Assembly (NCBI GenBank): GCA_963783575.1
Contig: CAWAOD010000014.1
Coordinates: forward strand, 464,002-528,001
Direction of reading: 5' to 3'
Origin: an uncultured Spirochaetota bacterium
GTDB taxonomy: Bacteria; Spirochaetota; Brevinematia; Brevinematales; JAOACQ01
Length of the DNA stretch: 64,000 bases
The translations under genes and the position numbers were made by a program. Shown here one piece after another: positions 10,620-20,551 of this stretch (within the stretch, counting starts at the first letter, position 1; each line of letters begins with the position of its first letter). The notes under the pieces were generated by a model. That model saw nothing but the letters and a program-made list of their open reading frames with translations, did no database searches and was not told where the DNA came from.

Positions 10620-11840
10620 ATGAAAAATTGTTTTTTTTCAATTTTAATATTGTCTGTAATCGCATTAAGTACGGCTTCTTTTGCGGATTCATTAAACACT
10701 GTCAATTATAAAAACCTTTTTACGGAATTGCTCGGCAAAAGCGAAAATCAAGTCCGGGAAAAATTAGATTCCGCATGGCAACAGCTTTTCTATGGAAATT
10801 CGGATCAAAGAATCTATTACCCGGTTAATAGCGATATGGCTTATATAAAAGATATTGGAAATAACGATATAAGATCGGAAGGAATGTCTTATGGGATGAT
10901 GATATCTGTCCAGATGAATAAAAAAGATGAATTCGACAGATTGTGGAAATGGGCCAAAACTTATATGTATCAAAATGGCGGCGTTTATAAAGGATATTTT
11001 GCATGGCATTGCACACCGGAAGGGAATAAGATTGAGCCAAACCCGGCGTCGGATGGCGAGGAATGGATCGTAATGTCTTTGTTTTTTGCGGCCGGCAGAT
11101 GGGGGAATGGCGAGGGGATATTCAATTATAAAAAGGAAGCCCAGGCAATACTCGATACGATGCTTCATAAAGCCGATTCCGGGAAAAATGGTGCAACTGA
11201 TATGTTTGATCCCGAACATAAAATGGTAGTCTTCGTTCCAACAGAGGGTCAGCAATCACAGATCACGGATCCGTCGTATCATCTTCCTCATTTCTATGAG
11301 TTGTGGGCTCTATGGGCAGACAAAGATAATGGATTTTGGAAAGACGCAGTACTAGCCAGCAGGGAGTTTTTTAAAAAAGCGGCTGATCCGAAAACAGGAC
11401 TGATGCCTGATTTTGCAGAATTCACCGGAACTCCGGTTGATATGTGGAACGGCGGGCACAATAATTTCAGGTATGATGCATGGCGCATCGGAATGAACGT
11501 CGCAATAGATTATGTCTGGTTTGGCGCCGATAAATGGGAAGCTCTGCAAAGCGACAGGTTATTAAATTTCTTTTACAAGCAGGGGGTTTATGCTTATGTA
11601 GACCAGTATAAAATTACAGGCGAAAAACTCGGAAACGATGGTTCTCTCGGGCTTTCCGCAATGAATGCCGTTGCCTGCATGGCCGCATCGATAAAAGAAA
11701 GAACGGAATTTGTGCAAGTGCTATGGGAATCGGAACTCCCGACAGGCAGATGGAGATATTACAATTCAATGCTCTACATGCTAGCTTTGTTAAATGTCAG
11801 CGGTAATTTCAGGATTTATTCGCCGGATCAAAGTAAATAA
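10620..11840 (+). CDS. GH8 glycoside hydrolase (reducing-end exo-oligoxylanase-like) with signal peptide
   Basis: RSEGMSYGMM, PASDGEE, TDPSYHLPHFY, RYDAWR motifs; hydrophobic N-terminus. Confidence 0.9.
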   Translation: MKNCFFSILILSVIALSTASFADSLNTVNYKNLFTELLGKSENQVREKLDSAWQQLFYGNSDQRIYYPVNSDMAYIKDIGNNDIRSEGMSYGMMISVQMNKKDEFDRLWKWAKTYMYQNGGVYKGYFAWHCTPEGNKIEPNPASDGEEWIVMSLFFAAGRWGNGEGIFNYKKEAQAILDTMLHKADSGKNGATDMFDPEHKMVVFVPTEGQQSQITDPSYHLPHFYELWALWADKDNGFWKDAVLASREFFKKAADPKTGLMPDFAEFTGTPVDMWNGGHNNFRYDAWRIGMNVAIDYVWFGADKWEALQSDRLLNFFYKQGVYAYVDQYKITGEKLGNDGSLGLSAMNAVACMAASIKERTEFVQVLWESELPTGRWRYYNSMLYMLALLNVSGNFRIYSPDQSK

Positions 11841-11894
11841 TTAATTTCTAACCGGAGAAGGGGAATTAAATTTTTATTCCTCAAGGAGAAATAT

Positions 11895-12926
11895 ATGAAA
11901 AGAACACAATTAATTTTTTTTTCAGGAACCGCCATGATTTTATTTTTTATCTTTGGATCAGGCTTGTTTAATCTTAGTGCCGGAGAAAATGCTGGACTGT
12001 CCGCCGATTTGGCTCCAGTTTTTGTCGATTACGGCAAACCTTTATTCACGAATCGTAATTCATCAGATCCTACGATCCGGGTCTTTAAATGGAATAATCC
12101 GTCCGGAGAGCTTTATCTCTATACATCTTGCGATTTATCTGGTCCCGGGATTTATCCGATGAGCAACACCTATTGCTATGAATCAACGGATGAAGTTAAC
12201 TGGATCGATCATGGAGTAATATTGACCGAGAATGATTACCCATGGGCTAAGAAAAACGCCAGTCATTTATGGGCGCCCGATTGCTATCAGGGTGATGACG
12301 GGAAATTTTACCTGTATGTGCCTGCCTTGGATACAAACGACGATTCCAGGATCGGTATATCGATAGGGGATAGTCCATATGGACCGTTCACACCTCAAAG
12401 CAATTATTTCCAGGGCATAAAAGGTTACGCAAGCGATCCTGGAATATGCCGGGACGGAAAAACAGGAGTAAAATATATGGCATATTGCACGGGCGGGTAT
12501 TCGAAAGGAAGGCTGGCAATTGTTAAGATGAATAACGATATGCTGCAAGCGGACGGAACTCCAAAGATGATATCGATAATTGATGCCCCGAATGAGTATA
12601 TGGAAGGCCCATCGATTGAGCAGGTTTATAAAGGCAGGTATTATTTATTTTTCGCGATATATGATAATGGTGGCGAGGCCGAGGCTTACGCCACTGCAAA
12701 AAACATTATGGGGCCTTATAAATACAAAGGCCATGTTATGGAAAGGAATATCGGAGAATGGACCATTCAGGCATCTGTAGTCTGGTGGAAAGATCACTGG
12801 TCATTCTATTATCATGATATTCCGAATCCGAATATGAAGAGAATGGTTTGCGCAGAATACATGACCATAAAATCCGACGGAGCTATAAAGCCTATTTCAA
12901 GAACCATAACAGGGTTAACAAACTAG
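11895..12926 (+). CDS. GH43 glycoside hydrolase (xylosidase/arabinofuranosidase-like), exported
   Basis: SDP, WAPD, DPG, EGP beta-propeller motifs; signal peptide. Confidence 0.88.
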   Translation: MKRTQLIFFSGTAMILFFIFGSGLFNLSAGENAGLSADLAPVFVDYGKPLFTNRNSSDPTIRVFKWNNPSGELYLYTSCDLSGPGIYPMSNTYCYESTDEVNWIDHGVILTENDYPWAKKNASHLWAPDCYQGDDGKFYLYVPALDTNDDSRIGISIGDSPYGPFTPQSNYFQGIKGYASDPGICRDGKTGVKYMAYCTGGYSKGRLAIVKMNNDMLQADGTPKMISIIDAPNEYMEGPSIEQVYKGRYYLFFAIYDNGGEAEAYATAKNIMGPYKYKGHVMERNIGEWTIQASVVWWKDHWSFYYHDIPNPNMKRMVCAEYMTIKSDGAIKPISRTITGLTN

Positions 12927-12951
12927 TGTTTTTGTCTTTCTTGTCACGGTT

Positions 12952-13485
12952 TTATACAATATTTATTAAAGTATTGCAGCGTTCGCCGCCTAGTAAATAT
13001 GACTCCGTGATTTTTACTTTTACTTTTTGCCCCAATAGTTTACCGAACAATTCCTCTTGAAAGCTTTTGCAGCAGTAATTGCAGAGAGATTTGGGCGGCT
13101 TCGGAATATCTGCAAAAGCACAAGCGCAACCTTCTACTTTTTTCCCTATAAGTGCTAGAATAGTTCGTTTTTTATCAAATTCCAATTTTTCCCAATATTT
13201 TGATTTTTTTTCAACATTTACCATATCCAGAAAAGCCTGAACATTTCCAACATAATTTCCAATCCATTCATCAAGTTTTCTGGAATAAAAGCATTCAAAT
13301 CCCAACTGCCCGAAAATCTTTTCTTTTACCGGTTCACTCTGAGAGGTATCAATAAACTTTATAATTTTCTTAACCTGGTCATGGTTCATTTCTTGCGGAA
13401 TATTTTTTTTATTCCCATCCGGTAGAACAGTCAACAACGATAATATACTATTACCACAACCTGAGAAGAATTTTTTTCGTTCCAT
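12952..13485 (-). CDS. Cys-rich hypothetical protein (DUF6144-like)
   Basis: GFECF, CAC, CNYCC and C-terminal SYLLGGERC pattern. Confidence 0.55.
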   Translation of the reverse strand: MERKKFFSGCGNSILSLLTVLPDGNKKNIPQEMNHDQVKKIIKFIDTSQSEPVKEKIFGQLGFECFYSRKLDEWIGNYVGNVQAFLDMVNVEKKSKYWEKLEFDKKRTILALIGKKVEGCACAFADIPKPPKSLCNYCCKSFQEELFGKLLGQKVKVKITESYLLGGERCNTLINIV

Positions 13486-13674
13486 TTTGCCTCCATTATA
13501 ATAGTAAGAATTATAATAACCTTAATAAAAAAATACAAAAAAAAAACCGAAAAAGATTCGGCAAGCTCATAATAGATTTACAGAATTTGAGTGATATGTC
13601 TAATAAACAACCCGCAACAAGCTGCGAGGTATTACCGTAAGAACTTTAAAGGAATCCCCTCGACCATTCGTCAA

Positions 13675-15293
13675 CATACTGTGTGAAAACACAGTAAATA
13701 TGCTATAATTATTAGAACAAAAATAATCGGAGTAAAAGATGAAGCATATTGAGGGAGAATCAAGGGATCAGATAGTTCTGTTCAATGAAACACTGGAAGA
13801 TCTGTTAGGAGAAGAAGATCCGGTAAGGTTTATAGATATTTTTGTTGATAAGCTAAATATGAAAGGAGTTGGTTTTAAAGTAAAAGAAGCATCAACCGGC
13901 AGAAGTTCATATAAATCCGAAATACTTTTAAAAATCTATATTTACGGATATTTGAATAAAATCAGGACAAGCAGGAAATTAGAGAGAGAGTGCCGAAGAA
14001 ACACAGAGTTGATGTGGCTGACTGGACGACTAGCGCCGGATTTCAAGACGATTGCCGACTTCAGGAAAGATAATAAGAAGGGAATACAGTCGATATTCAG
14101 AGAATTTTTGAAGATATGTCATAAAGCCGGGCTTTTATCATTTGACGTTGTTGGAATTGATGGAACCAAGATCAGTGCGCAAAACCACAATAACAATGTT
14201 TATCATAGGAAAAACATAGAAGAAATCATACATAGAATAGATCAAAAGATCGAAGAATATTTGAATGAGATGGATAAGAACGATAAGGAAGAAAAGAATG
14301 AATTTGAATTTCTTTCCGGAAAGATAGCGGAACGTTTAAAGAAAATGAAAACAAAAAAGGATAAAGTTGAGGCTATTAAAAAGATTTTTGAGGGAAATCC
14401 TGAAATGGAGAAATATTATTCAAATGACCCGGAAAGCCGGTTTATGAATGATAAAGGGAAATCCGACATTGCATATAATCTGCAGATGGCAGGAATGTGT
14501 GACCGAGTAGAAGAAATAAAGGACGAGCTTAAGGTAGAGACTGAAACGGTCAAAGTATCGGATGCCGGTTATTACAGCGAACCGCAGATACTGGAATGTA
14601 TAGATAAGGGACATAACGTATATATGCCGAATCCGGATGACGGACATAAGGCAAGGATTCGAGGCAAAGAAGATAATAAAGGAGTACCTGCTGAAGAATA
14701 CCAGGTTGATAAATTCAAATATGATCCGGGACAAAATGTTTATTATTGTCCGGAGGGAAACCCATTAGTGAGAAATGGGAAAAAAGTAGAGAAGGTCAAT
14801 GGAGGAAAAGAGATAGTCAGGTACAAGTGCGGCTTATGCAGCCAATGTGAAGTAAGAAATAAGTGTACTGAAAGCGTGGAAGGACGAAGTATCAAAGTAC
14901 CAGTTAGAAAAGAAGAAATTGAGAACTTCAAGAGGAAAATTCGTTCTGAAGCCGGGAAAAAGATCATAGAGAAAAGGAAAGAGATATGTGAACATCCATT
15001 TGGATCGATAAAAAGGAATATGGGTTACAGTTATTTTTTAATGAAGGGAAAGGATGGCGTTCTGACGGAATCCAGTTTGGCAGGATTCATTCATAATTTA
15101 ATAAAAGTATTGAATATATTGGGAATAAAGAGACTTATGACTCTGGTTTGATGCTAATAAACCATCGTTTATCGTATTCGGATAGATTTTTTAAACTAAG
15201 ATTTTTTTAGCTTGAAAAATATATCAAAAAATGGAGTCTTTGTATAATTAATCGATTTTACTATAAAATTTTACTGAGTTTTCACACAGTCTG
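13675..15293 (+). mobile_element. IS1182-family insertion sequence
   Basis: 24-bp imperfect terminal IRs CATACTGTGTGAAAACACAGTAAA (13675-13698) and TTTACTGAGTTTTCACACAGTCTG (15270-15293); imperfect 3-bp flanks CAA/TAA; encodes a transposase. Confidence 0.9.
13739..15151 (+). CDS. IS1182-family transposase (possible in-frame internal deletion)
   Basis: DUF772-like N-terminus (SRKLE, PDFKTIADFR), IDGTK, DAGY, YCPEG, EHPFGSIK. Confidence 0.9.
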   Translation: MKHIEGESRDQIVLFNETLEDLLGEEDPVRFIDIFVDKLNMKGVGFKVKEASTGRSSYKSEILLKIYIYGYLNKIRTSRKLERECRRNTELMWLTGRLAPDFKTIADFRKDNKKGIQSIFREFLKICHKAGLLSFDVVGIDGTKISAQNHNNNVYHRKNIEEIIHRIDQKIEEYLNEMDKNDKEEKNEFEFLSGKIAERLKKMKTKKDKVEAIKKIFEGNPEMEKYYSNDPESRFMNDKGKSDIAYNLQMAGMCDRVEEIKDELKVETETVKVSDAGYYSEPQILECIDKGHNVYMPNPDDGHKARIRGKEDNKGVPAEEYQVDKFKYDPGQNVYYCPEGNPLVRNGKKVEKVNGGKEIVRYKCGLCSQCEVRNKCTESVEGRSIKVPVRKEEIENFKRKIRSEAGKKIIEKRKEICEHPFGSIKRNMGYSYFLMKGKDGVLTESSLAGFIHNLIKVLNILGIKRLMTLV

Positions 15294-15387
15294 TAAACTC
15301 AGGGTAGGCTTTGCTCGGGATAAACTCCGCAAAGCTATACGCAACTTTGTTGGGTAAGAAATCTAAACCGGGTCAAGAAGCATGCCA

Positions 15388-16650
15388 TTAGCTGAGCCTG
15401 TGGTGAGCTTGACGAACCAAAGGGTCACGCTTATTAAAAAAGAAAAGTATTGAAAGCATCAATAAAACACCTATGCCGATTGTTATAAAACATATCCTTA
15501 TGCTAAAAACCTGGCTTAATCCGCCTGCTATAAGATTTCCAATAGGTGTAGTCCCGGCATTCACAAGCTGATAAACGCTGATTACCCGGCTTCTATATTC
15601 ATCTCTTGATGTTAGCTGTAAAAAGGAATTAGCTGAAGTTAAAAAAGATACAGTAATAAACCCGGAAAGGGCAAGTAAGAAAGAAGATAATAGCAGATCA
15701 CTATTCAGGCCGATTATTATAAAAATTACCGAAACCACGAACCCTGCCCCGGTCAGTACAAAATCTTTAGGCCCAAGTTTACTTTTAGCGGCTATAACCA
15801 GTGCACCGGTAAGAGAGCCTATCCCCATACAGGACCATAAAAATCCCAATCCCTGTTCTTTCTGGTGCAGTCCAGCTTTAGCGAGGACAGGAATAAGAAC
15901 ATTAAAATTCATAATAAAAGTGCCTATAATAAAAACTGTAATAACAGTTTTTAAGAGTTTGTTTTCTGAAAATATATACTTCAATCCATCGAAAATATTA
16001 CCCAGAATTCTGACTTTACCAGATACTTTTACAAAACAGAAAACCGGCCTGATAAAAAACAACCCTGCAATTAAAGGCAGAAAACTGAGGGCATTTATCA
16101 AAAAACACCATCCTATCCCCAAACCGGCCATTAATATCCCTGCAATGGCTGGGCCGATAATACGCGCCCCATTAAAAACAGCGGAATTAAGGCCAATTGC
16201 ATTCATTAAATCCTCTTTTCCGACAATTTCAATTATAAAAGACTGGCGGGCAGGAAAATCAATGGCATTAACAAAACCAATTGCCAGTGATAAAACCACC
16301 AGATGCCAGTACCGGATCAAATGAAAAATAACAAGGAAAGCCAATATAAATGCAATAATTGTCAGGGTGATTTGAGTAAAAATCACTATTTTCTTTTTTT
16401 CAAACCTGTCTATTGCAGCCCCTGTAAAAAGTGAAAAACACAAAACAGGCAAATACTGCATCGCCCCAACAACACCAAGAAGAAAAGCAGAGCCGGTGAT
16501 TGAATAAGCAAGCCAGGGAAGGCTTATAGTCTGCATCCAGCTTCCTGTCTGGGAAATTATCTGCCCTGAAAAGAATATCCTGTAATTCAAGTGGCTTAAA
16601 GAATGAAATGATTTCTTCAATCTTAAAATTATCAATTCTAAATTACTCAT
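15388..16650 (-). CDS. MFS transporter (MFS_3 / H+ antiporter-like)
   Basis: GQIISQTGSWMQ, DRFEKK, PARQSF motifs; about 12 hydrophobic segments. Confidence 0.88.
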   Translation of the reverse strand: MSNLELIILRLKKSFHSLSHLNYRIFFSGQIISQTGSWMQTISLPWLAYSITGSAFLLGVVGAMQYLPVLCFSLFTGAAIDRFEKKKIVIFTQITLTIIAFILAFLVIFHLIRYWHLVVLSLAIGFVNAIDFPARQSFIIEIVGKEDLMNAIGLNSAVFNGARIIGPAIAGILMAGLGIGWCFLINALSFLPLIAGLFFIRPVFCFVKVSGKVRILGNIFDGLKYIFSENKLLKTVITVFIIGTFIMNFNVLIPVLAKAGLHQKEQGLGFLWSCMGIGSLTGALVIAAKSKLGPKDFVLTGAGFVVSVIFIIIGLNSDLLLSSFLLALSGFITVSFLTSANSFLQLTSRDEYRSRVISVYQLVNAGTTPIGNLIAGGLSQVFSIRICFITIGIGVLLMLSILFFFNKRDPLVRQAHHRLS

Positions 16651-16714
16651 AAAACATTATCCATTTATTCTTTCCAGTTTAAATTGATAGTGTTTTAATC
16701 CAATCTTTACTCGT

Positions 16715-17957
16715 TTATTGATATTGTTCATAATTAATAACCTCTTTAGATTCTATTTTTTCTTTTCTCAAGTTAAGTTTTTTATAAACTTTAAAATAAA
16801 CCCATACCGCATTTATCAGCAACAATGCACTTGTAATAAAAAATACATATCTGATACCCAACTAGGCTGCCACTTGCCCGCCTAAAACCGCACCTCCAAA
16901 TACGCCTAAATACCCTGCCGACATGTTAAAACCAAAAACTCTGCCTGTAAGAGAATCTGGTGTAATTTTCTTAACAAGGGTATTAACAGAAGGAATCAAC
17001 CCTGCCATTGTTAATCCTAATAAAAAGCGAAGCCCCATTAATTGCCAGGGATTTTTTACAAAGGCTTGTGGTATAAAAATGATTCCTGCCACTACAAGTG
17101 CGAGCTAACATAACTTTATGTGCTCCTATTTTATCAGAAAGTTTTCCCCAGTCTTGGAGCGGCAATTATATTTGCCAGTCCTGAGGCTGAGAATGCCATT
17201 CCGGCTAACAGAGCAACATGACTGGTATTATTGGATAACTGGGTAACATATACTGTTATGATTGGTTCTACAGAATATAATGCCACAGTTAATACAAAAA
17301 AGGTCACAAACATAGTAATAGTCAAGCTTTTTTCAGGAATACTATTCCATATCTCCTTGACACTAAGCGTCTTTTTATCTTCACGGGTAAAAGATTCCTT
17401 TACAAATAATAGCGGTTGTAATAAATGCAATCAACAGCAAGTGCACCTGTTATGAAAAATACATTTTGTAAACCAAGGTTCTCTCCTATAAAACCGCCAA
17501 TCATTGGTCCTAGCAAAGAACCTGCAATATTTGCTGTTGAAAGTGTTCCTAAAGCCCATCCAGCGTGTTCCTTATCCGTCTGAGTAGCAATCAATGTAGT
17601 ACAGGCTGTACTATAACCTGTTATAGCCCCTGCAATAATCTTAATCCTATCAGTACATATACATTTTGTGCAAAACCCATGCTAAATACAACCAACGCCA
17701 TACCAAGGCTTGCCCGCAAAAGCATTGGTTTTCGTCCATATTTATCAGCGGCATGACCCCAAATTGGTGAAAAAACAGCGGAAATTATATAGGTAATACC
17801 AAAAGCAATTCCTGAAAATTGTGCAATTAAAGCTGTATTATTAACTCCAAGATGCTTTATATAAAGCGGTAATACCGGAGCAATCTGGCTCATTCCGATA
17901 CTTGCCGTACAAAATTCCAAACCAGCAAACGAATAGATTTTCTTTCCAAATGGGCAT
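16715..17957 (-). pseudogene. Decayed MdtG-like multidrug MFS transporter
   Basis: Starts MPIWKRNLFVCWF; fragments in several frames (SPIWGHAADKYGRKPMLLRAS, WGKLSDKIG); in-frame TAG at 16862-16864 followed by a coherent C-terminus LGIRYVFFITSALL. Confidence 0.8.
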
Positions 17958-18027
17958 GAATATAAACCTCTCTTCTTTTATAACTCTATTTTTATATAAT
18001 TTTTTACTAATTTTTAAATTGCTTTAG

Positions 18028-19734
18028 CCTAAACTGAGCGATTCTTAACTATCCATAAAAATAAAACCATGCTAAAATAAAATGGGGTAAGGAAATGGTT
18101 ACAGCCATCCTTACCCCGGAATAACACCCATTGGGTGCAAAAGCAGGTAAATTATGACTGAAAAAAATAAAAATCGCAAAATTCAGGGAAATGAGATTCA
18201 AAAAATCGGCATAACGAAAGATTGTCTTACCAGCCGCGGCGGGCTTACGTTTGTCCTGAGATATCTCAAGAATATTAAAGTTATTCCCCTGATCAGCGAA
18301 GTATTTCAGGGAATTCGCAAGAGCCGCAAAGGTAAAGATATAGAAAAAATTATTTCTCAATTGATGCTGTTTTTCATAGATGGAAGCAAATTTACCATGA
18401 CCCGGTTTGATGAATTGGCAAATGATATCGGGCACAGAAAGGCCATTGAATGCAGCAAAGACAATATGTGCTCATCCCATGTGATAAAGAGATTTTTTCA
18501 GTGGTAAAAAAGACAATGTTTAAAGAGCTTCAAAAGATTCTAATTAAGCTTTTTGTCTGGCGTCTCAAGATAAAGAACCCGAAAGTTATTATTCTCGGAC
18601 TTGATACGATGGTACTGAATAATGATGACGCTAAAAAGCGAAACGGCGTGACTTATACCTACAAAAAGGTTAACGGGTATCATCCGCTGCATATGTATTG
18701 GAATGGTTTTATCGTGAACCTGGCGTTCCACGAAGGAAGCGAATCCCCGAATCACGGTGACGATCTGTTTACAATGCTGGAAGAAACAGTGAAGGAAATC
18801 CGGAAATGCTATGACAAAGAGGTGCCGATTATCGTTGTGTCTGATAGCGGGTTTTTTGACCAAAAGTATTTTAAGAAGCTGGAAGACCTGAAACTGTTCT
18901 TTATATGCGGCGGGAGAATACTGGATTCAATCAAACTCGATTTGATGAAGCGATTGCCGGAAGAATGGAGAAGGTTTGAGAAAAAAGGAGATGTAATTGA
19001 ATACCTGGACTTTCGGGACAGACGGGATACTGGGAAAAGGGATACCGTGCCATTTATACCAAATATGAATGTGAAGACGGGGTTTTCAGATTAGCGTTCG
19101 ACAGGCCTGAAAATATTATTTATACAAATCTTGAAGAAGCGGAAGTATTGAAAGAAAAGGGGCTTGTGAAATATATGACGGCAGAGGAAATAGTGAGGCT
19201 CTATCATCTGAGGGCAAAAGATGAACTGGTGAACCGTGGAATAAAAGAATTCGTGGATGAAACACTGCCGTTTAAGAGTTTTGTATCAAACGGTGTATAT
19301 TATTTTTTATCGATAATAGCGTATAATCTGCTGTCGGCTTATCAGGCGGATATGGATATACCGGAAATACCAGTGGAAAGTTATCCGGATACGGTCAGGC
19401 GAATATTTATTGATATTGCGGGAAAGATTGTTAAAACAGGCGGGCGGGCTATTTTAAAATTCAGGGAAGAAGTAGTTGACAGGTTTAAATTGTTAGATTT
19501 GTGGGAGAAATGCGGAACGGTTACCCCGATTTAAAGATGCGCTCTGTTTTCATGGATTAATAAGGGGGTATTGCGCCAAAAATTGAAAATATCTCAGAGA
19601 TTGATGATTTTAGTGCTTTCAAACGCATAAATTCGGCAAATTAACCGGTGACAAAAAAATATATCCAAATTTTTATAAATTTTGGCTTTTATAAACCTGT
19701 TTTTGGTATTTATTAAAAAATCGCTCAGTTTGGG
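18028..19734 (+). mobile_element. IS1380-family insertion sequence
   Basis: Terminal IRs CCTAAACTGAGCGATT / AATCGCTCAGTTTGGG; perfect 5-bp target duplication TTTAG (18023-18027 and 19735-19739). Confidence 0.92.
18154..19534 (+). pseudogene. IS1380-family transposase split by two frameshifts (about 18495 and 19030); real or sequencing error
   Basis: LTSRGGL, LDTMV...YKKVNGYHPL, DSGFF, YHLRAKDE motifs spread over three frames; each join needs +1 nt. Confidence 0.85.
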
Positions 19735-19831
19735 TTTAGTACAATTCAATAAATATGGAATCAAAATTGTAAATTAATTATTCATAAATTATAATAAAAC
19801 CGGTATTTGTAATTTATTTCAGGAGCGGCTT

Positions 19832-20020
19832 ATGCATTTCGGTGAATTTTTAATTGAAAAAAATTATATTACTCAGCAAAAGCTGGATTATGCATTAAAA
19901 GCACAGTGTTTGCTGGATAAAGCAAACAGCAGTATACCGATCGGCGAACTGGTTCATGAATTGGGAATGCTGTCAAAAAAGGATCTTGAAGCCGCACTTA
20001 AAGAATTTCATAATTTCTGA
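19832..20020 (+). CDS. Stand-alone MshEN-like small protein
   Basis: Two tandem xxGExL...I/LxxxxLxxAL motifs; AGGAG RBS. Confidence 0.7.
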   Translation: MHFGEFLIEKNYITQQKLDYALKAQCLLDKANSSIPIGELVHELGMLSKKDLEAALKEFHNF

Positions 20021-20469
20021 TATTCTTTTTCAATTGCCCTGATCTTTTCAAGTCTTCTTATATGACGGACTGCCTTAGAAAAACTGGCTTTTAAAAATAT
20101 TAATGAAATTTCTTTCGCCAGTTCGGTTCCGATTATTCTCGCTCCCAGGCAAAGTACATTCATATCATCGTCTTCCACACCCTGATGCGCAGAAAAAGAA
20201 TCATGGCAAACAGCGGCCCTTATCCCTGGGAATTTATTCGCCGCGACGCAGGCACCGACGCCGCTGCCGCATATCAGGATGCCTCTTAAAGCTTCACCAT
20301 TTAAAACAGCTTCCGCTACCGCTCTCGAAAAATCGGGATAATCGGCCGGTTCCTCATTGTTCGTGCCTTTATCGATTATTTCATAACCCTGTTCCAATAA
20401 AAACCCGGTCATTACTGTCTTTAATTTAAAACCGCTATGGTCGGAACCGATTGCTACTTTCATATTCAC
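20008..20469 (-). CDS. rpiB: Ribose-5-phosphate isomerase B
   Basis: GSDHSG, DYPD, CGSGVG, ANKFPGIRAA, RHIRR. Confidence 0.95.
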   Translation of the reverse strand: MNMKVAIGSDHSGFKLKTVMTGFLLEQGYEIIDKGTNNEEPADYPDFSRAVAEAVLNGEALRGILICGSGVGACVAANKFPGIRAAVCHDSFSAHQGVEDDDMNVLCLGARIIGTELAKEISLIFLKASFSKAVRHIRRLEKIRAIEKEYQKL

Positions 20470-20551
20470 CTCTTTTCGCCTCGGAGATATTTATGTCTTT
20501 TTCTTATATGGGTTGAGCCCTTCGGTAAGCTCAGGACAGGCATCAATCTCA

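Noticed and set aside
18450..19148. Programmed ribosomal frameshifting in the IS1380 transposase
   Set aside because: IS1380 transposases are normally single ORFs; two separate missing bases fit error or decay better.
13675..19734. Composite transposon carrying the MFS genes
   Set aside because: The two IS belong to different families and each has its own target duplication, indicating independent insertions.
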